Shown one piece after another: positions 42,100-57,523 of a stretch of 64,000 nt of DNA. How positions within the stretch are numbered: position 1 is the first letter of the stretch; each line of letters opens with the position of its first letter. The stretch lies in NCBI RefSeq assembly GCF_009914755.1, contig NC_060925.1. One strand, 5' to 3'. The position numbers were made by a program, and so were the translations under genes. This DNA is from the human T2T-CHM13v2.0 reference genome, Homo sapiens. The notes beneath the pieces were generated by a model. The model had not been told where the DNA came from. It saw only the letters and a program-made list of their open reading frames with translations, and made no database searches.

Positions 42100-45032
42100 T
42101 AGTGCAGATAGTGTCAAAAAATTATACAACCAGAGGGGCTTTGAGGGAGCCTTCAGGAATTATAATCAGAAACCTGATTATCAATACTATTTTAAGAATA
42201 GCTAAAAAGAAGAATCCACAGCCTCCTACAGTTCCCACTCCTGTTTTTAATCATTTTTACTATTTTATGTTATTTGTGAAGCTGAGAGAAAAAGCCATTA
42301 GGGACTCTGACTGGATCAGTAAACTGTAAAAAGCTTAGCAATTCAAATATTCACCACAAGTTGGGGTCCCATATTAAATACAGGCTTTAAAGGATTTATA
42401 AAATAAAATAAATGGTAAATATTTCTTTTATTTTTTCCTAAGAGTCCAGAAATCCAGAAGGATTGTAAGTGAATGAATATGATTATTGACTTTTAAAAGA
42501 ACATATGACAAGCAAGTAAAAGAAAATTCAAGAATTTCACTAAGAAATAAACAGGATGCAATGCACTGTCAGTCACAATAGACAGACATCCCAGACATGT
42601 TTAATTGTTAAACAATAGTAGAAATACTAAGCAATTAATAAAAGTTAAAACATATAAAGTAACCAAAACCAAACACAATTTTAGCACTTACGTTCAAATT
42701 ATCTAAAAAAGAACAGCCCACAATTATCAGTATCAAACTATAAAAAATATTCTAGTACTTATATATCATTTCTAAAAGCAATCTCAGAGAAACAGGAATA
42801 AATTGCTTATTTTTGGTTGCTTTTAACAGCTCTGAAGATCATCATCTTGATATATATGCTACTAAACAAACTTTTAGACTGACCAAAAAGAATGATGCAA
42901 GTCCAAAGACCAAACAATGTGTATTTATTTTGCTAGAATATTACATTTCATTATATTGCCACTAAGAGATTTGTGATCCCATAGTCCATTTCTTTGGGTT
43001 GCACTAGTCTCTTTGTTGCTCCAATGCATTATTAATAAATTTTTTTACAAATGCAACCAAGTGATTTCCGTTGTAATATTTACTTTTTTAAAAATTAATG
43101 AAACTGAAATTCCTTTCTATGTGTAAAATTTTTGTTAAACTTTTAGAAGACTTTAGTCAGTTGCAGAATTTTTTCTTGTATCTCTTCCTTAAATTTTCTG
43201 TTTCTAAAGCAATTCTCCTTCTGTTCATCTTTTACAGATTTTACAATTAACTGGTTTGTGATGTCCTTTTCTTTCTTTCTCCCTCTTTCTCTCTTCTTCC
43301 CTCACTTCTCCTCTCTCTTAACTTCTAATTGCCATAGGATAAATCACTTCTCTTGATGCATATAAATTTATCAGTTGCTAAGGTAGCAAATTATTCAAAG
43401 CGTAAAACTTGATGCATAGCAATTAACCTTAAAATACTTTGTCATCACACTTTTGATTCCTGGAGAGGAGCACTATTGATAATACCTTTATCCTTGATAT
43501 GTCAAGTGTTCTAATAATCATAGAGACTAAGTAAATATAGGCTTTTATGTATATCTAATGTTGCTTCTACAAGCCACAATATAGCTTCAATATTGATATT
43601 GCCCACATTATGAAAGAAGATTAATATTTGCTACTTTTTTAGAAAAAAAGTTTCCCCCTAAAAATTGAATCTATGGCTCTGTTTGCTGTTTTCATGAGTC
43701 AGTTTTGCCTCTAGAAACACTCTTTGAACTTCCATAGTTATATGAAAGCATAAAATGCTATATGCTATTTTTAACTCATGTGTTCTGAATTGTAATTGTA
43801 TATAATTTTTACTTGAGATATAGTCTTTCTAGAAACCAATTTCTCAGCATCAGCTAGAGCCAAGACTTTTCAGAATTTTAAGGAAAAGCATATTTCATAC
43901 GTTGAAGTCATAGGTCCCTTAAGACAAGTTCTATTTTGGTATCTACATTTACAATGGCTGAGACTGTCACAATCGTTCACCTTCATCATTAAAAAGCCAT
44001 ATAAAGTTCCTTTCTCCTCTAAACTTAGAATGTTAAATGTTGGCCTTGTAAACTAACTTTCTAAGTCCTTTAAGGTTTATGTCCAGGGATGTAGAGGCTA
44101 GGTAACCAGTAAGGCAAGGTCAGATCTTAACAATGCAAGAAGCCTCCCAAACTTATCCTTTTTCCAAAATTACTGTGAAAAGCAAACTTTTCATAAGCCC
44201 ATTATGAGTGCTTCTGGAATAATCACTTATGACTTGTATAAAGACTATTAATAGTTTTTAAATGAGGTGGAAATAGGAAATGGCAACAGATCATGCCTAT
44301 GTGGCTCATCCAGCTAGCCCTCTCTAGATTAGCTTTGGTTCAAACCTAGAGGAGTCCCTCTGTGATGCATGAATCCACAGGATCTGTGCCTGTCTCAAAC
44401 ATGTCTGAATGCTGGTGTCTGAGAAGAGCAAAGATTTCCATTCTTTTGAAAGGAGCTTCCAGTACCTACCATGTTGCTCTGTTGTGAGATACCCTCTAGA
44501 GGTGGTGCTGAGGGAAAGCCATTGTGCTTTCAAGTCACTAAAGAACCCGATGTGAGAGACATAAGAAAAACTCACTTAGAGATGCCACAAGCCACTAACT
44601 ACAGTGGATTCTATTAGCCATTACTATAAAGGGTTGATACTCCTGACTTGGAGCTACTAAAGGAAGTAGTCCCTGAAAGTTAATAAAAAATCATTTAGAA
44701 AGCCCTCCAGATGGGACTCATGTCCACTACTAAGAGTGAACAGTAACTGGAGCCATTATCACTGTGAGCCACAACCAGGAAACCATAGATGAGGCAGGAG
44801 GAACTTTCCAGCCCCTTCTCATCCCCTTCCCTAAATAAGAGGTGCCAATGTCCCCTTATTTGTTAGGAATTCAGAGGAAAGATGGCAAATATTGTCCTTT
44901 CAATATACTCTAAACAGAGAGGAAAAGAATTTTTTCTGCCAATAAATGTGGTATAGTTGGAGACTCAGAAACTCTCAATGTGGGCTTTGCTGGATTAAAG
45001 ACCTTGAGTTGTAGATTGAGTTTCAGACTTTT

Positions 45033-45164
45033 TTTAAGAAGTAAAAATAGAGATGGGGTCTCACCATTTTGCCCAGGGTGGTCTCAAACTCCTGGGCTCA
45101 AGCAATCTGCCTACTGCAGCCTTCCAAAGTGCTGGGACTAAGGGAGTGAGCCACCGTGCCTGGC
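45033..45164 (-). mobile_element. Free left Alu monomer (FLAM-like) with 15-bp TSD
   Basis: Left arm only; gagtttcagactttt on both sides. Confidence 0.88.
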
Positions 45165-45408
45165 AGAGTTTCAGACTTTTGATAATTAAAGTAACATTTA
45201 TTGATGCTATACTGTGTCATCCATTGTTCTATTTTATATGGACTCAGTCACTTCATCTAACAATTCTATAAAGTATGTGCCATTTATTAACCCATTGTAC
45301 TGATGAGGAAAAGTCCATAGAAGTTAACTTGCCCAAGGTCACCAATTGTAAATGGTGAACACAGACAGGTAAACTCAAGAGCTATGCTCTTGACCACTGC
45401 TTGCACAG

Positions 45409-46216
45409 TGTGGTAGACAGAAAAAATGGCTTCTCAAAAACATCCTAGGCTGGACACAGTGGCTCATGCCTGTAATCCCAGGACTTTGGGAGGCCGAGGT
45501 GGGCAAATCACTTGAGTTTAGGAGTTCAAGACCAGCCTGGGCAATATGGCAAAACCCTGTCTCTACTAAAAATATAAAAATTAGCCAGGTGTGGTAGCAC
45601 ATGCCTGTAGTCACAGCTACGCAGGAGGCTGAGGTGGGAGGATCACCTGAACCCAGGAGGCAAAGGCTGCATTGAGCCATGATCATGCCACTATACTCCA
45701 GCCTGGGCGACAGAATGAAACCCTGTCTCAAAAAGAAAAAAAAAAAAACCTAATTATTCAGAACTGTGAATATGTTACATTACATGGCAAACAGGACTTT
45801 GCAGATGTGGTGAAGTTAAGGACCTTAAGATGAGAAGATTACCCTGGATTATTCAGATGGGCTCAGTGTAATCACATGGGCCTTAAAAATGGAGAATCTT
45901 TCCTAGCTGCAGTCAGAGGGAGATGTTACAGCAGAAAAATGGTCAGAGAGGTTCACCATTGGTAGCTTTGAAGATGGAAGAATGGGATCATGAGCCTAGG
46001 AATGTGGACATTTCCTAGAAGCTACATAAGGCAGAGAAATGGATTCTCCCCCTGAAGATTCCAGAAAAGAATGCAGCCGTACCAAAACTTTTATTTTAGC
46101 CCAGTGAGACCTATGTTGGACTTCTAACCTACAGAACAGTAAAATAATAAATTTGTGAAGTTTTAAGCCACTAGGTTTATGGAACTTTGTTACAGCAACA
46201 GTAGAAAACTAATATA
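45409..46216 (+). mobile_element. MLT1 (ERVL-MaLR, MLT1C/D-like) solo LTR split by an Alu
   Basis: tgtggtagacagaaaaaatggc...ctttgcagatgtg...ttgttacagcaacagtagaaaactaata. Confidence 0.85.
45448..45748 (+). mobile_element. Alu (J-like) nested in the MLT1
   Basis: Sense dimer with poly-A; MLT1 text resumes after it. Confidence 0.92.
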
Positions 46217-47849
46217 TATTGCCTTATTGAAAAAGAGGGTTAATGATTCCCTTCCTATGGGACTTGACAGAAGCAGAGAGAATGCTTCATGGTATGTAAA
46301 TTAAACTTGAAATTAAAGTTGCTGCTACTTTTATCTCCTGGTTTTATGGGTTATTATATAACAGCAGTTTTATGATAAAGTTTTATGATAAAGCTATGCA
46401 ATAATAAGCTATTATAATTCTTCATTTTGACTTACATTAGTACATTACATAGCTAGTTTTAAATGTATTGCATCATAATTTGTCCTTCATTTAGCATTCT
46501 GCCAAATGTTATAAGAAACTGAACACATTTAAGATCTTGCTAGCGGAGTTGAAAGATTTGTAAGATGCCATTATTTGTATATTTGATACACACAAGTTGG
46601 CTTCTTGTTGTTTGGAAGTTAGGAGATAGCTTTTCACCAAACAGTAGGAAGTTATTGTTTCTAATTTTTAGAATACAAACAGACTGATTATTTCCCACCA
46701 AACTCTGTCATCAGTGCCAAAGTATTCTTTAAAATCTCAGGATAAAATGAGTTGTTACAATGAGCTTTTTCAAAGCAGGGTCAACATTTTCACATTTTCA
46801 CATTTCTCATCAATGTTCATCATAAAAGAGACCACAAAATGGGTTTAGATTTATCTGGTCTCTTTCATATAGCAATGTTTATATGCCTAAATACAATTAA
46901 AAATTAGGCCACTGACCTTTGCAGGCAGTCTTGGGAGATATTTCACCTCCACAAATAGTGAATGCCACAGACCATGATCAAACAAAGCAGTCATTGCTTT
47001 CTGCTTGGATTAATGTGGCAGTATGCTGGCTGATAGGATATACATGGAAAAAAGGAAACTATACCAACGGGCAGGACCATTTTTTTAGTTAATGAAGCTT
47101 ATTGATTGAAAAGACATAATAAAGTGAAATCATAAAACTTTCAGAAAAAAGCAATACATGCTTTGGAAGACTCAGGCCACCATAAGAGTAAGCAAAGCAA
47201 GTCTTCAGAACAGAGGTTGAATCCTCCAGAGCTATGTGATGAGTGAAATTAAACCTGCCACAGACACCACATTTGTATTCTTTCAGCAGTCAGGTGTGGA
47301 GTGTTGCTAGTTCCTCCCAGCATTGCAGATATGATGACCTTAATTCAGCTTCTATGATCTGGATTCATACAAACATTATTAAAACTGTTCCTGTACAATG
47401 AGCTAAAGAAAGGCAATCAAAATTAACTGAGTAGCAGTCATTTTGACTGCTGAGATAAAATAATAGCCAAAAACAACTTCACTTCCAGCAATCAGAGATG
47501 TAGTGGCTTATTTTGGGCAAAAGAGTCATTCTGCCTATTGTACAGAGACCCCAGTAGCAAAGGAGGGGCTACCAGGGGAACTGATTGTATATATAGTCTC
47601 TTCAAATGATGGAAGATGAGAGCTATTTGCCCAGTGTGGAAAGAACCATGGGGATTATATTTGTTGTCACAACTAGTGCCATTCACTGGCCTGGTTGATT
47701 AATCATTGAGCCTTATTTAACTGTCTTTTTTCAAACAACTAGTTTTCTTTTTCTTTTGAATTGACCATTTTTACAGCTGAATTGGCCAACGCTGTTAAAG
47801 CATCACTCCTGAGTGCCACCATTAACCCAAATTTTTTAAGTTTGTTTTA

Positions 47850-48340
47850 TTTTCTTAATCTTATAAGTAGTGCATAATCATTGTAGAAAAATAAGAAAAC
47901 ACAAATAAGGAAAAATAAAAAAAAATCTGATGTCCCATTACTGTGTATTACCACTGTTAATGTTTAGAAGATATCCTTGCAGATATTTGTCCACACAAAT
48001 ATATATATAAACACATTTCAGCAAAAATAGCATCCTACCACACACATTGTTTTATAACCTGCTTGTTTCACTAAACATTTGTGTACTTCTACATCAGCCA
48101 TTTAGGACTTCACTTTTAATGACCACATATCATTCTACTGTATGGATTTACTATAATTTCTTTAATCAATGCCCTGTTATTAGACTGTTAAGTATAGTTT
48201 GTAATTTTTGTTATTATAAATAATACTATGATGAACATATTAGCACATGTATATTGCATATTTGTCCAGTTATATCCTTAAGTCCTAGGAGTCTAATTAC
48301 TTGGTTAAAAGTTATACAGTTTTCTAGAAATTTTGATGCC
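47850..48340 (-). mobile_element. Old L1ME 3' fragment
   Basis: cattgtagaaaa...ttttataacctgcttgtttcact...tactgtatggatttactataatttctttaatcaat. Confidence 0.6.
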
Positions 48341-48649
48341 TATCTGTAGTGTCATCTCTAAATAAGAAGGAAAACAGATTAAAATATGAAAGATAAAAAT
48401 CATTCAAAAGTCTTAATAGGTTTCATAAACTTCTGAAAAGCCAAGTGAAAACACAAGTAGAAGTATTTTAGTTTGGGTCTGTTACCACTTACACATACAC
48501 ACACATATACACACACACACAAAGTTATGAGCTTAAGTGAGTCATTATGTTTACAGATCAGCAAATAACATGCTTTTCTAAATAACAAGCAAGAATATCA
48601 AAATATTGTCTTCTATTTTATTAATAATGCTTAGGAATAAAAAACTATT

Positions 48650-49050
48650 AACAGTTATATTGAAATATAGTTGATATTCTACAATTTAAAGTGTACAATT
48701 AAGTGATTTTTATGTGTTCAGAGTTGTGCAACCATCATGATTATCTAATTTCAGAACATTTTTACTATATACAAAAAGAAACTCCGTACATGTTAACAGT
48801 TACTCCCCAGCTACTGGCAAATGCTAATCTGCTCTCTGTTTCTGTGCATTTGCCTATTCTTGATATTTCACATAAATGGAATTGTATAATATTTGGCCTT
48901 TTGTGACTTGTTTCTTTCACTGGGCATAGTGTTTTCATAACGTTTTCTTCTATGTTGTAGCATGTTTCCATACTTTATTCCATTCTATTGCCAAATAATA
49001 TTTCATTATATAGATATATACCACATTTTGTTTATCCATTCATCAGTTTA
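48650..49050 (-). mobile_element. L1M (MB-like) 3' fragment
   Basis: tttaaagtgtacaatt...gttgtgcaaccatc...taccacattttgtttatccattcatcagtt. Confidence 0.75.
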
Positions 49051-49059
49051 TTCTTGGAA

Positions 49060-49600
49060 TGTCAATTAAAATCTTATCACAATCATGTTTAAAATCTTTC
49101 AGTAGCACCTGAAATTAGTAAGAAGGTTTATGAAAGGCCATCTTAATCTTGCCCTAACCTACTTTTTGGCCTGATCCTCTGCTGCGCTCCCAATCCCATC
49201 CACTACCACCCTTCCATCAGCACTCCAGCCATAGCAGAACCACTTGAAATTTCCCAGATATAACAGGCACACTCACTTATGTGCTGTCCCCTCTCTCTGC
49301 AATTTCCTTCTTCCCCTTACCTGTGTGGATGACTTTTGTGTGTTCTTTGTTATTCAGCTATCAGGTATCTTCTCCTCTTGGAAGAACCTAACACACAAAT
49401 ATAAGCTGGGTGCAACATATTTTTACAATCTGTTATACCTCTATCATAACACTTGTCACAATGTTTATAATTATTGGTTTTCTTGACTTCTCCTCCACTA
49501 GATTGTGAGCTCATTAAAGTCAGAAACTATATTCTGTCTATCTCTATATCATGAGCCATCCAGGCCTAGCATGTGATAGACATTCAATATATGTTTTCTT
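49060..49600 (+). mobile_element. L2 fragment
   Basis: cactccagccatagc...ccactagattgtgagctc...gcctagcatgtgatagacattcaata. Confidence 0.62.
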
Positions 49601-50252
49601 TCTATACATGGTCAATGAAATTAATTTGACTTTCTTATAAACTGCATTAATCAATTTAGGGATTTTATAACCACATAGTCATAAACTTTATTTAAAATGC
49701 ATGTTCCAGTTTGCTTATGTTTAATTTGTTCATATACATTTTATATTAAAATTCTCAGTAACATATGAAACAATATGCATTAAAATAAACCAGTCGTATA
49801 TATAATTCTAGTAAAGCTTTTAAAGTATACAATGAACTTATAACCTATCAAATAGAGATACTTTTTCAAATACCTTCAACTGCCTTTAATGGAGACATAG
49901 TTAAGTAGAATAACTGAAGACAAATTCAGAATTTATACAAAAAATGATTCAGCATCACATTTCAAATGATTTAAGGAAAAAATCATTAAGAATATGCCAT
50001 GAGATCAATTTATAAATCATAATTGCACTTTCAAAACAAGATAAGCTTCTTTTTGCAAGCAAAAATGTTGCTTCTCTTAAACTTGACTTGGAGAGTGCTG
50101 CCTTGCTTAAAATACTATAATATTCTTTGAAGCCTACATGCATAAACTGTTTCTGGATCTGTTTTCACTGTTTTCTATGTGAATGAAGATTTGTTTAAGT
50201 AGGCCTGGTTCTTGGTAATAGAATCCTAACCTCTGTTACTTCTGACTTATAG

Positions 50253-50327
50253 GGTATCTTTGTTACTAGGGTTCAGCCTGATGGGCCAGCATCAAACCTA
50301 CTGCAGCCTGGTGATAAGATCCTTCAG
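50253..50327 (+). CDS. LRRC7: LRRC7 coding exon (75 nt, 25 aa): [28 protein letters not shown] central part
   Basis: Acceptor tctgacttatag| with upstream branch-like cctaac, donor CAG|gtaaga. Classic PDZ GIFV...GPA...L.PGD.IL pattern, in frame with the previous exon. Confidence 0.96.
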
Positions 50328-51238
50328 GTAAGACAGATAAAAGAAATGCATGCAAATGCCATACTGAGACAAATATGTAACCATGTTACCAAGTTAAATG
50401 ATTTGAATTAAATGATTGAAAATAAGTCCTTCTCACATTGCTTATTTGCCTTTATTATTTTGGGGCTGAAAGTCAAGTCAAAAACAATTCAGTCTGACAA
50501 ATCTTATATCCCTAGCACCTTACACAGTACTTGGCACATGACAGATGTTTTGCATATTTTTGTTGAATTGAATGGAATTACTTGATAATATAAGAAATAT
50601 ATATATTATATATATATATTAATCTATGCATAGTTATCAAGTAAGAGTAAGTTCCCAAACACAGTATGTGTGTGACTTTCATGAGGGAGAAGGAACTGGT
50701 CCATATTTAATTTCTCAACCACAGGCTTATTACTGTTTGAATGCTATGAAATATATAATACATCATTCTACTCCCCCTGCTTAGATAAACAAAAGTTTAG
50801 CTCTATATAAGGTGACTTTTAAAAATGCATTGTGTGATGGAAGATGACTTTCACTAACTTAAAGCTCTGCATATCAGAAAAGGTTCACCCCAATAAACAA
50901 TTAAGCAAATACTTTACATAAACTCATTTATTTGACTTTTTTTGTCCTTCTCTCTGAATTCACTGTCTTTAATTTTTTGCTTTGTTTCTTATCAGTGATT
51001 TGAAGCTCATTAATTCACTTCCTATATAAGAGGTGCATAATCATTTTCTACATTCCAAGGAAAAGCTCTTAAGCATTATCGATGTATTTAAGCTTCAGTA
51101 TTTTGACTTAGAACCCCAGAAATTTCCCGTTATATAAATAGGTGGAACTACTTGATACTGCTGATATTTGACCATCTGCAACAGTTATGAAATGGCTCAA
51201 CATAATATACTGAACATTTAGATTCACTGAGAAGACAA

Positions 51239-51324
51239 GACATGTGAAAAGAACCTTAGATCAGCTATACAAACACAGTTGACATGTGAAAAAGGAACCT
51301 TAGATCAACTATACAAACACAGTT
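51239..51324. repeat. Tandem duplication, 42 + 44 bp
   Basis: gacatgtgaaaa(ag)gaaccttagatca(g/a)ctatacaaacacagtt x2. Confidence 0.92.
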
Positions 51325-51405
51325 TAAAAATGCAAGGATCCCCTCAAGTCAGCTCCAAGGAGATCTTCTATCTCCAATGTACTGCGTTCTCTCAGAAAGT
51401 CCTAG

Positions 51406-51841
<436 letters not shown>

Positions 51842-52598
51842 TAATTAGCAAGATCACAATCAGCTACTCAAGTTTTCAAAAATGATAGTTCTCTGAAAAG
51901 TGTTTAAGCTACTTCAGCCTGTGCCAATGTCACAATAGAAACACCACCCAGCAGGCCTGAGTTCATTCTATGCAGGCAGAAGATGTAAATAGCAGTTGGT
52001 CTTTTGAGCTAGAGCTGAGAAACAATAAAAACCACACATATAATAATCTAAAATTTTCCTTTACCACTTTATTATGGAAGTTCTATATTTTTGGATAGCC
52101 TAACTAGTCCTTTGATCTTAGATATTTTAAATAATGTCTATGGGCCTCAAATTCATTATGTGTAAAATGAACTGCTGTTTATATTATATCTGAAATCCCT
52201 CCTAGCTCAAAAATTCAACTCTTTGAAAATTGTATGAATTGTAGTGAAAAACAGCTGAGAATAAACTAACAACATAACTCTCTAACATTTGGTAAATGCT
52301 GCTCATTAGCAAAGGAAATGGCTAATTTTTTTCTCCACTGAATTTCAAAGAAATTATTTTAAATCCTAGAGTCTGGAAAAAAATATAGCCAATTAATCTC
52401 AGATCTCTTACCTACTAGAATGTGAAGCTGGGTAGAGAAGTATGCTATAGCTTGACACAACGTTGCAGAGTTCCTTCCTCCATGACAGAAGCAAAATAAA
52501 GATTTTTCCCTTTTGCTAGAATTCAGAAATGTATATGTAAGTATTATAACAAAATTATACACAGTATATCTTGCAGATGGAAACATAGGTTAGTGTCA

Positions 52599-52958
<360 letters not shown>

Positions 52959-54760
52959 CTAGAATTATATGTGGGGACGTGAGGGTTATGAGGGTTCAGT
53001 ATTTCTAATCCTGGAGAGGTAAAAACAACAGCAAAGTGCAAGGAAATGGATTCCTCATGCAAGAAGTAGGAAGAAATTTTCAGCCAAGAATACTGCAGAA
53101 AAGCTGCACCCAAGATGTCTCTTCTCTCCACAAATGACTATCAAGGATGTGACATTTTATTTTTGCCATAGAACTCACTTGTACCTAGTCCAATAAAATC
53201 AAAGCCCATTTTCAATAAAGGAAAAAGTACATGGACTTTAATCAAATAAATTATGTATTTACAGTTTCAGTCATACTAATTAAAAAGCATACATGGCCAA
53301 TTATACTTTCTGAAAGAAACGAGAATGGCTAATTCTAAAATGAAATTGTTTGCAATATCAGATGCTAAGAAGGCAAGCTATATATTTATCTATATATAAT
53401 ACTATTGTCTCTTAGTTTAAAGAATGCTGGGAAAAAATGGGTTAATAACATTGAGTTATCTATCACTTAAAAGATCAGAATCTTGTGTTTTCAATGGAGC
53501 GAATTTATTTACAAAGCTTAATGGCAATGTTCAACCTGGAGAATTGAAGTAAAAGAAGAGAAAAAAGAAAAGAATGGCCCTCCCTAAGTGACAATACTTT
53601 TGGGGTTTAATCTAACCCAATAGCAAATAGCAAAAGATATATGAGAGAGCACAAGAGATATGTCTTTCCTAATCCCTCTTCCCAAACCCAGAATTTATTA
53701 GATCTCTTTCTTTCTCTATAATTCTTTATACCATCCACTCTTTTCTTCTTCAGCTATGATATTATGAGCATGTTATTTGAATTACATGAAGATGTGTGCA
53801 ATAAGGGATGATGTTAATTAAAACACATTCACATCATTTTTCTGTTGTACTATTCATTTTCCCGGAATAGACACATTATAATTACTCTAAGACAGTGTGG
53901 CATATGGAAAGAGCAACTGACCCTTCATAGACTCACCTTCTGTTAAGTTCAATTATATAACAGTAAGAGAAAAAACTGAAAGCACATGGAATATAAAAAT
54001 ATGCTAGAATAAGCCATGTGAATTTGCCAATATTTGAAATGACAGTTTTGTTAATTTATCGTCATAGTTTCTTTTTTCTAATGTTCTTTCCAGCTAAAAA
54101 ATTCAGTCTAATTCATTATACATTTTATGATTCAAAATATATATGAATACAGAAAATCTAGTAATTATAGTTATTCTGTTGAAAAGATGAATAGACTGGA
54201 AAAAAATACATACTGTACCTGATAGTTAACAACAGATTCACAGTTGTAACCTAAAACTCACTCGCAAGTATGTCCTGTTCAATCAGGGAAGCCAAACCCT
54301 CTCCTCTTCATTTACCCACCCCCATCTCCATACATAAGCCTAATTTTGGCAAGAAAGAGAAATTATATAATTTATAGAGATTTAGTTGATGACATCTAGA
54401 TTTTGCCAATAACCAAAACAGATTTTTCTAATATGAGATATATAAATAAGGTACTTAATTGAAGATAATTTTATAGTCTCTTTTACCTTGTCATCATTTT
54501 AAGGGTTTTGGAATTTGCAATCCAAACATACTCTTTGTCTATGGCTGTATTTCAAGATGCTAAAAGGGAATAATCAATGAGATAATAATTCAAACAAGCT
54601 AGATATTTTTCTTTTTTTCTTGTCTTAGAAAGAACCTTGGCCCAACAATTCATATAGACAGTTCAAGAAACTACTGTCAACAATAAGTCTATCAACAAAT
54701 ACTTGGGCTATTAGCAGAGTCATTATTATTGCACTTTTTTTACTTTTTTAAAGTTAGTTT

Positions 54761-54900
54761 TTGGTAAGTTGTTCAGCTCAGAGCATCTTCTCTTGGCCAA
54801 AATCATGGGGTTTGATGCCCATTAGACCTATTATCATTGCTCTGTTCTATAATCACTGACAATTCCACTCCACATCCTGATTAGTGTCTTATAAGGGAAT
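54761..54900 (+). mobile_element. Ancient tRNA-derived SINE (MamSINE1-like)
   Basis: Degenerate A/B boxes (cagctcagagc...ggccaaaatcatggggtttgatgccc) followed by ttgctctgttc; resemblance is from recall. Confidence 0.5.
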
Positions 54901-56069
54901 ATCATTAGAAGCCCCTTAATAGGTAGGAGGGAAGTCATGTGTCCTAAGGGAGCTAATAGCTAGGGAGACAAGGTGAATGTATGCACTCATTAGGAAACTA
55001 ATAAAGTACTTGATTTTGTGATGTATCTAATAAATGTTGTAGCTGTGTTAAGGGAATGGAGTGATTAATATAAAAGTGTGTATCCTGGGATGCAGAGAGG
55101 ATGGCCACTCACAAACAAAAGTACAAGATGTAAGACCCTCCTCTTCTTACCTCCTCCAGTGAATCACTGAGGGAGAGGGAGAGGAGACCTGTGTGGCAGG
55201 GTGCACTGGGGATCATGGAGATCTCTGGTTGTGGAGGGAGGTGAAAGAAGGGAGTTTATTCCTGGTGGAGCAGAAGTTCCTCCAGGCTTAACAGAAAGAA
55301 AAGGAGGAGGAGGAGGAGGAATATCTGTGGGCTAGACTGGCATGAGTTTTCAGGAGCAGGGGTAAGAGGTTTATGCTAGAAAGGGTGAATATGGAGTATA
55401 AAGGAGAGAATATTGGAGAGGAAGACCCCAGACTCGTGTGTTAGAGTCATGAAGAAAGGAAACCCTGGGATTTTAATAAGTTTTTCATGGACTGGGAGAA
55501 TTTCAAACATGGAGATGAGTTGGAGCGAGGCTCAGGATGGCGATAGGGGGAGACAGCGAGCAAGATATGGCATTCAAGGCTCAGAATGGGAGAGGTAAGT
55601 TCAGACTCCACAAAGAGAAGTCTAAATGAAATGTCTGTCTATGGCTGGATCTGTTGTACACAGATATATATACAAACACTGAATCACGCTTCCTTGTCTG
55701 AATGGAAATTTGATGGCTCTCTTAATGACCAGTAGGTGTGATCAGCTTGCTGAGAGAATTTTCTTGCTTAGGTAAAGCTCACTTATTCAACAGCCTCAGC
55801 TATAAGAAAAAAAACATAAGCTAGAAAACAAACAAAGTGCTTCTGAGGATCCATAATTAATGTCACAAAGCCCATGCACTAAATCTCATTCCTTTTACTC
55901 ATAAGAGAGAATTTATATCATACCTGGGAGTCTTTTATCTAGTTGTCCAGACCACCAAGGTGAAAGCCTTTGGCTCCAGACTCATTGCCAGAAGCAAGAA
56001 GTCATAGCCAACAGCTTCACTCTGCAGTAAGAGAGAAACTTCTTTTAAAAGCGAGAAACAGAAGAGAAC

Positions 56070-56175
56070 AACTTCTTTTGAAAGCCAGAAACAAGATTTT
56101 AAAAGCACATTGTACTTTTAAAGTAAAAGCAGATTGTACTTCTAAAATCTTGTTTCTGGCTTTTAAAAGAAAGTT
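56070..56175. repeat. Near-palindromic hairpin of about 105 nt
   Basis: aaagccagaaacaagatttta pairs perfectly with taaaatcttgtttctggcttt; pairing continues with mismatches to a 3-nt loop. Confidence 0.9.
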
Positions 56176-56882
56176 TTGTACTTTCAGTATAGAACAGTTT
56201 TCTCAATGACATTTTTTGACATATCTTCAAAAAAAAAAAAGAGTTCATGGTCAACTAAGTTTTGAAATCACTTCATACTCTATCCCTTGTTTCAGGACTT
56301 TACACTGTACTAAACAGGCTAAGAACTCTGAGAATTCTTACAGATATATTTTTCAACATATTTAACCATACAGTCCTCTTTACCAAAGCATCAATTAACC
56401 ACTTCCACACAACACATTTTGGGAAATGTTTGTTACAGAAACAAACTAACTGGGCCATGTATGTGCCTAAGAGAGTGTTGATGTTCACAGTTATTACCGT
56501 AAATCATTAAGAAATGGTTAATGTTCATTTTCTGAATTTTAAAAAATTCTTTAAAAAAAATCTTCCAAAAAAAAACCTGAAGAGTGAGAAATTGTTTATG
56601 GTTAAAATGAAGTGTTGGACCCTTAAAAAATAAAGTATTTAAAAATTGTACTAAAGCATTTCCCAACAAGGCCAAGTAAGTTCCACATTTCTATAGTTTA
56701 TCTTATTTGTGGTTAAAAATCAAAAGCACCAGAGACACTGAGGGTGGGGGACTATGGAGGAATAATCACATAACTTTTAATGTTTAGGTAAATAATTGCT
56801 TATAATGATATAATACATTGAAGAGTAAGATTTTAATACAATTGGATTAGAAGGGAACTAGAAATAGGTTAAAAACTATGTT

Positions 56883-57212
<330 letters not shown>

Positions 57213-57523
57213 TTATATGCCAGATTTTGACTGCATATTTTTATACATTTAGTTTTGTTCATAATATACAAAGTTCTTGCACAGAAAACCAATAAAAATG
57301 TTGAGGAAATGCTTTTTGAAAATCAAAAAATATTTTGAGTTATTTAGTAAAACATGAAAACCAATAAAACAAATTAAGTTTTTTAAGGTGACTCTATCCT
57401 TCATAGTTTAGTTAATAGAAAAGTAACATCCATTAAGTGTCTTTATTGTGTCATTTAAATCATACAACCCTGCAAGATATCTATTACTGACAGATGTTCG
57501 ATAACTTATTTGAGTTCTTCCAT

